A DNA stretch of 64,000 bases from an uncultured delta proteobacterium. GTDB taxonomy: Bacteria; Desulfobacterota; Desulfobacteria; Desulfobacterales; Desulfosarcinaceae. The notes beneath the pieces are model-generated. The model had not been told where the DNA came from. It saw only the letters and a list, made by a program, of their open reading frames with translations, and did no database searches. This document shows positions 31,101-38,604 of this stretch, one piece after another; the stretch's first letter is position 1, and each line of letters opens with the position of its first letter. Both the position numbers and the translations under genes were made by a program. The DNA is taken from contig CAVPJR010000028.1 in the NCBI GenBank assembly GCA_963705435.1, forward strand, positions 22,104-86,103. Direction: 5' to 3'.

Positions 31101-31334
31101 CCCCTGATTCTCTCCACGGGTGCCGGCGCCGAGACCCGCATGGTGATCGGCGTCGTCGTTCTGGCCGGCGTATTGTCGGCTACGGTGTTTACTCTGTTTG
31201 TCGTGCCGGTGGCATACCGCCTGTTCTCCAGGCGAACGCATGCACCCGGGAAGGTCGCCCGCAACCTTGCGAGAGAGCAGGCCATGCACAATGATTTGGA
31301 TATCACTGGTGGTAATGTTCAGGAACCGGTTTGA
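28191..31334 (+). CDS. RND efflux permease (AcrB/MexW-like)
   Basis: KRPVFA, REYPDIDPP, GLVVDDAIVVLEN, AKNGILIVEFANQ, RLRPIVMT. Confidence 0.93.
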   Translation: MILSDVSVKRPVFAAVISLLLIVFGLVSFGRLPLREYPDIDPPVVTIETLYPGASANVVETRITELIEERIAGVEGIQFIASTSEDGLSAVTIEFDTGRDVDGAVNDIRDRVSAILGDLPDEADPPEIQKVDSNNDVIMWLNLVSDRMTVPALTDYADRYLVDRFSVLDGVARVRIGGGQTYAMRIWIDRSAMAARGLVVSDVETALRAENLELPAGSIESQARSFTVRVKRTFRTAVDFSRLVLARGADGHLVRLGDIARVERGTEEDRTFFRGNGVAMVGLGIIKQSTANTIDVARGAKAAMLRLNPTLPEGMEIKQSYDTSVFVEGAIKEVYKTLLIAIGLVILVIYLFLGSIRATIVPAVTVPVSIIASFIVLNVLGFSVNLLTLLALVLAIGLVVDDAIVVLENIYRRMTEKGEPPLVAAYTGSRQVGFAVIATSVVLVAVFVPIAFLQGDVGRLFSEFAITMAAAVCFSSIVALSLSPMLASKILRRKTGQRDRHTYMDRLFGTTRIRYRRLLGRTMKRPWLVVGFFAVLIAAMVWLFEHIPTEYAPKEDRGAFFVIVNGPEGASYAYMEEYMNEIERRLMPLVENEEATRLLVRAPRTFSNYENFNTGIVIFVLNDWDQRRSAWAIMDDVRAKLAELPGVRAFPVMRQGFGASIQKPLQFVIGGGTYPELAQWRDTLLERIEADNPGLIGIDWDYKETKPQLQVNIDYDRAAELGVTVGNVGRTLETMLGSRRVTTYIEAGEEYDVILEGDRERQRTPTDLQNIFVRSSRNGDLIPLSNLVTLEEFADSTALNRYNRVRAITLEANLADGLALGDALTYLEGLVKAHLPENVIIDYKGQSQDYKFSTQSIIFVFLLGILVVFLVLAAQFESYLNPLVIMLTVPLAIAGGLLGLYLTGSTLNLYSQIGLVMLVGLAAKNGILIVEFANQLRERRKSFDYAILKASEVRLRPIVMTGITTATGAIPLILSTGAGAETRMVIGVVVLAGVLSATVFTLFVVPVAYRLFSRRTHAPGKVARNLAREQAMHNDLDITGGNVQEPV

Positions 31335-31439
31335 TTTTGCCATCTGCTTTACCCTTACGGAAAGTCTGGGGGGCTTTGGAATTTATACGTTGCCCCCCAT
31401 TTCACTTTAACCTAAGCAATAGACAGTGGAGATCTGTTA

Positions 31440-32129
31440 ATGAATAAGACTGTCGGAATCTTACTCGCCATCGCGTCTATGCTGACTGGAGCAACGGAGA
31501 CGATGGCGATCGAAGAAGCCAAATACACCGTAGTCAAAAAAGAAAGCAATTTTGAAATCCGTGACTATACACCCCACCTTATTGCCGAAACCCTCGTGGT
31601 GGGAAGCCTCGAAGAAGCTGGAAGTAAGGCGTTCAAAATACTGTTTGGTTACATCTCAGGCGAAAACCGATCGCGCAGGAAAGTTGAAATGACCGCGCCC
31701 GTTTCCCAACAGGCAAGTCCTGAGAAAATCAAAATGACGGTACCAGTGGGCCAGCAGCGGATGGAAGACAAGTGGGCCGTTAGCTTCATGATGCCGGCCT
31801 CGTACTCGCTTGAAACACTTCCGGAGCCGGAAAATCATAAGGTAACGTTGCGCCAGGTGCCAGGCCGCCGGATGGCCGTCGTGCGCTACACTGGGTTTTG
31901 GAGTGAGAAAGGCTATCACGATAACAAATTGAAACTTGAGGCGTGGATTCGCGAAAATGAGCTTACGACTGTCGGTGATCCAACATGGGCCCGTTACAAT
32001 CCTCCATTTACCCCTTGGTTTTTGCGACGGAATGAAATTTTGATTCCGGTAGCTCCGGATGAAAACCAGGACACGGATCAAGCGAACTTCGATACGATTC
32101 AAAACATCGTGATGAATGATGCGCTTTAA
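31440..32129 (+). CDS. SOUL heme-binding family protein
   Basis: FEIRDY, LFGYISGEN, MTAPV, RYNPPFTPWFLRRNEILIP. Confidence 0.88.
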   Translation: MNKTVGILLAIASMLTGATETMAIEEAKYTVVKKESNFEIRDYTPHLIAETLVVGSLEEAGSKAFKILFGYISGENRSRRKVEMTAPVSQQASPEKIKMTVPVGQQRMEDKWAVSFMMPASYSLETLPEPENHKVTLRQVPGRRMAVVRYTGFWSEKGYHDNKLKLEAWIRENELTTVGDPTWARYNPPFTPWFLRRNEILIPVAPDENQDTDQANFDTIQNIVMNDAL

Positions 32130-32205
32130 CCATCAGTGTTTAAGACATGCAGCTTTCACTTATCGTGATTGGTGCTTATGATAAACGTGGACAGCAGGAG
32201 TTCAA

Positions 32206-32643
32206 ATGGTAATCAAGGCAGAGATCGAGATTAACGCCCCCTTGCGCGTGGTTTGGCAGACCTTTTCCCGAATGGAAGATTGGGACGACTGGAACACGGC
32301 CTGCCGAAGCTGCTGCATCATTTCCGGTGACGAGACGTTGCCTGTCGGGACTTGCTTCTCTTTCGTTATTCGTCCCCTGGTTTTCCCGATGAAAGTTCAG
32401 CCCAGAATCGTCAAATGCGACCCGGCTCGGGAGGTCGTTTGGGAGGGCGGAAAAATGGGAATCCACGCATCACATACCTGGCAATTTCGTGAGCAAGACG
32501 GGAAAGTCAGGTTATTGAGTGTCGAACACTTTAAGGGCCCGATGGTGTGGGTCGGATATCTGCTGCGTGTGCCGAAGCGGCTGCATCGCCTGACGCTAGC
32601 GTTTCTGCAAACGTTAAAAACCGCCGCGGAAGCGTGCCGTTGA
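32206..32643 (+). CDS. SRPBCC / polyketide cyclase-like protein
   Basis: IEINAPLRVVWQTFSRMEDWDDWN. Confidence 0.75.
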   Translation: MVIKAEIEINAPLRVVWQTFSRMEDWDDWNTACRSCCIISGDETLPVGTCFSFVIRPLVFPMKVQPRIVKCDPAREVVWEGGKMGIHASHTWQFREQDGKVRLLSVEHFKGPMVWVGYLLRVPKRLHRLTLAFLQTLKTAAEACR

Positions 32644-32722
32644 TGACCGTACACGTCAACTGGCGATGTCCGCAGCAGGCCGTCGCCTCGATGACCGATT
32701 CGTCCAAAACGGTGCTGAAGAA

Positions 32723-33205
32723 ATGATAAAACGACTCTTTCATGATAAAATCGGCAAACCGATCCTGAATTTGCTCAAGCAAGGCATCTCGCCTGAAAAG
32801 CTATCTCTGAGCATCGCGTTTGGCGCCGTAATTGGAATATTACCGATTCTGGGCGCGACGACCCTGATCTGTGCAGCCATCGCCATCATGCTGCGACTGA
32901 ACCTGCCCGCTATTCAGCTGTTCAACTATCTGGTATACCCACTGCAGATTTTCTTGTTGATCCCGTTTATGAGTCTTGGCGCATTCATCTTCCAGGTGGA
33001 TCTGCCTCCGCTTTCGTTTCAGGAGTTAAGCACACTTTTCCAGCAGAATTTCTGGGGCACCATGGCTTCCTTTTTTGAAACGATCCTTTACGCCGTGGTC
33101 GCCTGGCTGCTGGTATGCGTTCCGCTGTTTGTTGGTATTTATGCTATATTCGTCGCGGTATTAAAAAGATTCGGGCCTATGGCCAAAAATGGCGTGTCTC
33201 AGTGA
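32723..33205 (+). CDS. DUF2062-like membrane protein
   Basis: LKQGISPEKLSLSIAFG..GILPILG..RLNLPAIQL. Confidence 0.75.
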   Translation: MIKRLFHDKIGKPILNLLKQGISPEKLSLSIAFGAVIGILPILGATTLICAAIAIMLRLNLPAIQLFNYLVYPLQIFLLIPFMSLGAFIFQVDLPPLSFQELSTLFQQNFWGTMASFFETILYAVVAWLLVCVPLFVGIYAIFVAVLKRFGPMAKNGVSQ

Positions 33206-33297
33206 TCTTACCTCTCTAATGGTGTCCAAAAGCGGCTTGTCGAGCTGCGCGCTACCAGCGAAAAACCGCATCTAACGCTATACATGGTTCAATATAT

Positions 33298-34695
33298 ATG
33301 GATGCAGACAATGGATTAATAACCAAACCGATTCCCGGGTTGATCGCCCAATTGGCTATCCCCGCCAGTATCGGCATGTTTTTCAATACCATGTATAATG
33401 TGGTGGACACCTATTTCAGCGGTCTGATATCCACCGAAGCCATTGCTGCGTTGTCATTATCATTTCCTGTATTTTTTGTCATTTTGGCCATTGGATTTGG
33501 CATCAGCACAGGTGCAACGGCTTTGATCGCCAACACACTGGGTGCAGGTGATGAAAAAAAAGCGCAACTCTATGCAATTCAATCCGTGTCCTTCACCTTC
33601 ATGCTGTCTATGGCACTGACAGTGACCGGTCTTTTTGCAGCACCTTATCTATTCAGGTTATTAGGGGCTAGCGGAACATACCTGGCCATCTCGTTGTCCT
33701 ATATCAACATCATCATTTGTGGTCTCGTGTTCTTTTCTCTGACCTTTGTTCTGAATGCAATTCTAACCGCCCAGGGTGACACCAAAACATTTCGCAATGT
33801 GTTAATTATCGGTTTTTTCCTCAATTTGGTTTTTGATCCCTGGTTTATCTACGGCGGGTTGGGAATGCCGGCCTTGGGACTTCCCGGGGTGGCCTGGGCG
33901 ACGATCTTAATTCAACTATTCAGCACCTTGTTTATGGGCGCGCGCGTAATCCGGACCGGTTTGATTTGTCGGGAATGTTGGTCGATGTTCGTTCCACGCC
34001 GCACCTTTTATTGGGAAATTGCCAAGCAAGGCTTTCCGGCCAGCTTGAATACCATGAGCATTGCCGTTGGCATTTTTATCATCACCTGGTTTATCAGTAA
34101 ATACGGACAGACGGCTGTTGCTGCTTATGGTATCGCTACCCGGGTGGACCAGATCGCCATGTTACCCATTATGGGACTCACAACTGCAACCTTGACCTTG
34201 ATTGGCCAAAACAACGGTGCCGCAGAATATCAGCGCTGCCGGGAGGTGTATCGCAAAGCATTGCTGTACGGCATCCTTATCACGACGGTGAGCATGGTCA
34301 TCGTTTTTTTATTCCCCCAATCCATCATGAAGATTTTCACCGACGACCAAGCCGTGCTGAAAATCGGTGCCTTTTATTTAAAAATTTCTGCCTTCATATA
34401 CTGGGCCTATATCATCTTATTTGTGGCTGTAGCCGCCCTGCAAGGATTGAAGCGGCCTTTCTACGCTATTTGGATAGGGCTTTATCGTCAGATTGTAGCA
34501 CCGACAATAGTATTTTATGTGCTCGCAAGCCAACTGGGAATGGGTCTTTCCGGGATTTGGTGGGGCATTTTTCTGGTTACCTGGTCAGCTACTATTTTTA
34601 CGTTAATATATGTCCGATCAACCATGAACACCATGTTCGTAACCGCGGATGCGATTCCCACGGGGATGAAGGGCTACTATTCCGGAAAAATTTAG
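33298..34695 (+). CDS. MATE family efflux transporter
   Basis: LAIPAS, YNVVDT, GDTKT, AAYG, GQNNGA, ~12 hydrophobic segments. Confidence 0.9.
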   Translation: MDADNGLITKPIPGLIAQLAIPASIGMFFNTMYNVVDTYFSGLISTEAIAALSLSFPVFFVILAIGFGISTGATALIANTLGAGDEKKAQLYAIQSVSFTFMLSMALTVTGLFAAPYLFRLLGASGTYLAISLSYINIIICGLVFFSLTFVLNAILTAQGDTKTFRNVLIIGFFLNLVFDPWFIYGGLGMPALGLPGVAWATILIQLFSTLFMGARVIRTGLICRECWSMFVPRRTFYWEIAKQGFPASLNTMSIAVGIFIITWFISKYGQTAVAAYGIATRVDQIAMLPIMGLTTATLTLIGQNNGAAEYQRCREVYRKALLYGILITTVSMVIVFLFPQSIMKIFTDDQAVLKIGAFYLKISAFIYWAYIILFVAVAALQGLKRPFYAIWIGLYRQIVAPTIVFYVLASQLGMGLSGIWWGIFLVTWSATIFTLIYVRSTMNTMFVTADAIPTGMKGYYSGKI

Positions 34696-34726
34696 TTACC
34701 GGGCAACCTGACTCGTAGGAACTCTC

Positions 34727-34804
34727 AAGGTGATCAAAGCAGAGATCGAAATCGATGCCCCCTTGAGCGTGGTGTGGTAGACCTTCTCCCGGATGGAAAA
34801 TTGG
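34727..34804 (+). pseudogene. Degenerate duplicate of the 5' end of the SRPBCC gene at 32206
   Basis: ggtgatcaaagcagagatcgaaatcgatgcccccttgagcgtggtgtggtagaccttctcccggatggaaaattgg aligns to 32208-32283; ATG>AAG and CAG>TAG. Confidence 0.8.
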
Positions 34805-34824
34805 CCTAATACGGTGGGACCGCA

Positions 34825-35472
34825 ATGATCAGAAGTTTCTTGCATGATAAAATCGTGAGCCTTAAAAAGACCCGCTTCACCGAAATGCTCATTGAGGCAA
34901 ACGGTCTTGATCCGGACGACTTCCAGAGTTGGCTTTTCTGTCCAGGCATGCGCTTTGATTCACCGGACAAGTGGTGGGGTGATTTGGGTCGGCGTGATTT
35001 CCCGCATGAGGGTATCGACTTTTGCCTGTACAGGGATGGTTCCGGGCGGGTGCGTCGCCTCGATCACGACACTCGCATTCCGGTGATGCACGACGGTGTG
35101 ATCAGATCCGTTTTTGCCGACTATTTGGGTCAGGCCGTGGTTATTGAACACGAAAAGACCCAAACTGAAATCGGCACGTTGATATCGATTTATGCCCACA
35201 CGAGACCGCTGAACCACATAAAACCCGGTGTTTTCGCGAATCAAGGGGATATTATCGCCACCATCGCCGATGCCAGCCGATCAAAAGCAAAGATCCTCCC
35301 GCACCTGCACGTCACGCTTGGGCATCCGTCCCCTGATCTTGTCTATGAGACATTCGCCTGGAATGACATGCGCGACCCCGGCCTGGTCGACCTGTTGGAT
35401 CCACTGGGCGTCATCGATTGGCCCTGGCTTGCATTGGATTCCCAACAAACCAAGCGGGTGTGTCCGTACTGA
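34825..35472 (+). CDS. M23-family peptidase-like protein, no signal peptide
   Basis: HEGIDF (HxxxD), YAH, PHLH. Confidence 0.7.
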   Translation: MIRSFLHDKIVSLKKTRFTEMLIEANGLDPDDFQSWLFCPGMRFDSPDKWWGDLGRRDFPHEGIDFCLYRDGSGRVRRLDHDTRIPVMHDGVIRSVFADYLGQAVVIEHEKTQTEIGTLISIYAHTRPLNHIKPGVFANQGDIIATIADASRSKAKILPHLHVTLGHPSPDLVYETFAWNDMRDPGLVDLLDPLGVIDWPWLALDSQQTKRVCPY

Positions 35473-35484
35473 GGAACGCTGCCC

Positions 35485-36342
35485 TTGAAAACACCTCACC
35501 GCCATCGCAATATCACGTTAAAGCGGCTGTTGTTGGATGCTTACCAGTTTGCTCGTGCCCAATCGTTGGTCGCTAACCGGTTCGGCAGGCAGTTTCATCC
35601 CAGCCGCGATTATGTTGAGGTGGACATCACTTACAAGTGCAACTTGAAATGCATAAACTGCAACCGTTCATGCACGCAGGCCCAGAGCAATTTAGAAATG
35701 CCTGTCGCCGATGTGGAAGCCTTTATCAAGCAGAGCATTGAAAAAGAAATCGCCTGGAAACGCATCCGAATTCTGGGCGGAGAGCCAACCCTTCACAGTC
35801 GTATTTTTGACATCATCGACCTATTGATCAATTATCAGAAGACGTGTAATCCTTCTGTAAGGCTGGTGCTGGGAACCAATTTCTTCGGGAATCACGTTCA
35901 CCGGGTGCTGGAGCAACTGCCAGACGCGATCACGCTAAAAAGCACGCTGAAGTCTTCACGCGTCAATCTATTTAAACCGTTTAACATGGCACCTGTCGAT
36001 ACGCGTTTTAACCGATTTTCTGATTACTCCTGCGGTTGCCGCATCATAAAAGAGTGTGGATTGGGATTAACGCCTTCAGGGTATTACATGTGTGCCGTAG
36101 CCGGTGGGATCGACCGCATCTTTGGTTACCATCTCGGCAGGAAAGAGCTACCGGAAGAATCCGACCCGTTGTCGGACCAAATGTCCGCTTTCTGCCGTTT
36201 ATGCGGCCATTTTGGATTCCAGTGGCCGACACGGCGTGCCAGTCTATCCAAAACGTGGCGGTTGGCCTATCGGCGTTTAAACACCATCGAACCTCTTGCT
36301 GACAAGGTTGAGGATGTCTCACACCCCTATGACCCATCTTAA
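35485..36342 (+). CDS. Radical SAM protein
   Basis: CNLKCINC, GGEPTLH, C-terminal Cys cluster. Confidence 0.85.
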   Translation: MKTPHRHRNITLKRLLLDAYQFARAQSLVANRFGRQFHPSRDYVEVDITYKCNLKCINCNRSCTQAQSNLEMPVADVEAFIKQSIEKEIAWKRIRILGGEPTLHSRIFDIIDLLINYQKTCNPSVRLVLGTNFFGNHVHRVLEQLPDAITLKSTLKSSRVNLFKPFNMAPVDTRFNRFSDYSCGCRIIKECGLGLTPSGYYMCAVAGGIDRIFGYHLGRKELPEESDPLSDQMSAFCRLCGHFGFQWPTRRASLSKTWRLAYRRLNTIEPLADKVEDVSHPYDPS

Positions 36343-37561
36343 CATACTGCATGTAATCGGTCAGAGACCGGAAATGACCGGGAGCGGGATCTATCTTGAG
36401 GCGATGATCAGAGAATCTCAGAAACACGGGTTTTCAACTTACCGGGTTGCCGGTGTCCCTGCCGGCACGATTCCATCCTTGAAGGATCGGCCGCAAACCG
36501 AAGGCGCCTGCGTTTTTTTTGAATCGGGGTCGCTCAATTTCCCTGTGACCGGCATGTCGGATGTCATGCCCTATAAAAGCTCTTTGTTCAAAGATCTGAA
36601 AGGCATGCGTCTGACTTCCTATAAGTCGGCCTTCACCCACGTGCTTGAAGATGCAGTCAACCAGTTTAAGCCGGATATCATTCACACGAATCACCTTTTT
36701 TTACTTTCGGCCCTGGTAAAAAAACGGTTTCCGACGATGCCCGTCGTGGCGACCTGCCATGGCACGGAACTGAGACAATACAACAATTGCCCGCATTTAA
36801 GACGTTATGTGAAGCGCTATTGCCGGCGCCTGGACAAGATCATCGCGCTGACAACCGATCAGAAAAGGGAAATCCATCGTCTGTATGGCATCCCCTTAAA
36901 TCACATTGTCGTTGTCGGTGGCGGATATGATCAAACGATGTTTACCCGTGCCCCCAAATTACCTGCTGGAACCGTTCATATCCTCTACGCCGGCAAATAT
37001 AATCGCAGCAAGGGCGTTCCCTGGCTGCTGAAATCCCTGATGAAGATCGAGGATCATGACTGGCACCTACACATGGCGGGAAGCGGCGAGGGCCAGGAGT
37101 ATAACGACTGCATTGACCTCGCAGAAAAATTGGGCCGCAAGGTTACCAACCATGGTTACGTGACTCACCGTCGATTATCGGAACTGATGAAAAAAGCCCA
37201 TGTCCAGGTGCTGCCTTCATTTTTTGAAGGTCTGCCCCTCGTGCTCTTTGAAGGCCTGGCATCCGGATGCCGGATCATCACTACCGAACTGTCCGGTTTC
37301 AATGAGATCTTCGGGAAAGCAGACAGAGAGACGATCGATCTGATTCAACTGCCGCCCTTTGAAACCATTGACCGGCCTTATCGAAAAGACGAGGCCCAGT
37401 TGGAAGATGCGCTATGTCAACGCATACTCGGCATGATGGCGGCGGTAAGAAAATCTCCGACTGTTGTCGACCCCCAGGCCGAAGAAATAGCATCCCGCTA
37501 TACCTGGCCCCGTATTTTTGAACGCACGTTATCCGTCTACAGGGATGCTGTTAAAAGATAA
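36314..37561 (+). CDS. GT4 glycosyltransferase
   Basis: PDIIHTNH, YAGK..KG, LPSFFEGLPLVLFEGLASG; start uncertain. Confidence 0.85.
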   Translation: MSHTPMTHLNILHVIGQRPEMTGSGIYLEAMIRESQKHGFSTYRVAGVPAGTIPSLKDRPQTEGACVFFESGSLNFPVTGMSDVMPYKSSLFKDLKGMRLTSYKSAFTHVLEDAVNQFKPDIIHTNHLFLLSALVKKRFPTMPVVATCHGTELRQYNNCPHLRRYVKRYCRRLDKIIALTTDQKREIHRLYGIPLNHIVVVGGGYDQTMFTRAPKLPAGTVHILYAGKYNRSKGVPWLLKSLMKIEDHDWHLHMAGSGEGQEYNDCIDLAEKLGRKVTNHGYVTHRRLSELMKKAHVQVLPSFFEGLPLVLFEGLASGCRIITTELSGFNEIFGKADRETIDLIQLPPFETIDRPYRKDEAQLEDALCQRILGMMAAVRKSPTVVDPQAEEIASRYTWPRIFERTLSVYRDAVKR

Positions 37562-37563
37562 TC

Positions 37564-38499
37564 ATGACCGCCAAACCAGCAAACGTTGATATTAAGGCCA
37601 TTGTCCTGTTGACCATCCTCTGCGCCAGCTGGGGACTTCAACAGATTTCAATCAAGATCGCCGTCCAAAGCATTGCTCCCGCGCTGCAAGGAGGCATTCG
37701 ATCTATTGGTGCCGCGATCTTGTTATATCTGTGGATGGTCGCGCGCAGGGAAAAAATGGACCTCAATGACGGTACCTTCTGGTGGGGGATGGCCGTCGGC
37801 TTATTCTTTTCCATTGAATTTTTGCTGATATACTGGGGCTTGGAATTTACCAGCGCATCGAGGTCGGTCATCTTCCTGTACACCATGCCATTCTTTACAG
37901 CCATGGGGGCCCATTGGTTTGTGCCGGGAGAATCCTTGGGAAGAGCACAGCTTGCCGGTCTATGCTGCGCTTTCCTGGGAATTATGATCGCATTCAGCGA
38001 ATCTATCGGTAAACCCCAATCGTTAGTGTTGGTTGGTGACACGATGCTGTTGCTGGCAGCCGTCTTCTGGGCGGCAGCCACCATCATGGTAAAGGCCAGT
38101 CCGTTGTCCGGAATCCGGGCAAGCCGTGTATTGCTCTACCAGCTTGTCGTATCCGCAGTCGTGCTGCCGCTCGGAGCGGTGCTGCTGGGACAAACTGAAA
38201 TCACGCATGCAACGCCGCTCATACTGGGTTGCATCGCTTACCAGATCATTTGGGTCGCCTTTATCACCTATCTCGCCTGGTTCTGGCTGATCAGAAACTA
38301 CCCGGCATCGAAGTTGAGTGCATTCTTGTTTCTTACACCGCTTTTTGGCGTTCTGGAAGGCACCATCCTGCTCGATGAACACATCACGTATCGGTTATTG
38401 ACTGCCCTGGCGATGGTATGCGCCGGAATCTATGTCGTCAATCGCACACCAGGCGGCAAGCCATGCGAACCGGCAAAGGTTCCAGTAGGCAGGGATTGA
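37564..38499 (+). CDS. DMT/EamA transporter
   Basis: ~10 TM segments, FLYTMPF, FLFLTPLFGV. Confidence 0.88.
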   Translation: MTAKPANVDIKAIVLLTILCASWGLQQISIKIAVQSIAPALQGGIRSIGAAILLYLWMVARREKMDLNDGTFWWGMAVGLFFSIEFLLIYWGLEFTSASRSVIFLYTMPFFTAMGAHWFVPGESLGRAQLAGLCCAFLGIMIAFSESIGKPQSLVLVGDTMLLLAAVFWAAATIMVKASPLSGIRASRVLLYQLVVSAVVLPLGAVLLGQTEITHATPLILGCIAYQIIWVAFITYLAWFWLIRNYPASKLSAFLFLTPLFGVLEGTILLDEHITYRLLTALAMVCAGIYVVNRTPGGKPCEPAKVPVGRD

Positions 38500-38604
38500 C
38501 CCCAGCAATCGGGTATGAATAGACGCATTCCCATTCTTTTTGTCCCTTGACCCCTGCAACAAATCCATTCTATTCATTATTTGACTCATTCATTAGGCAA
38601 TACG

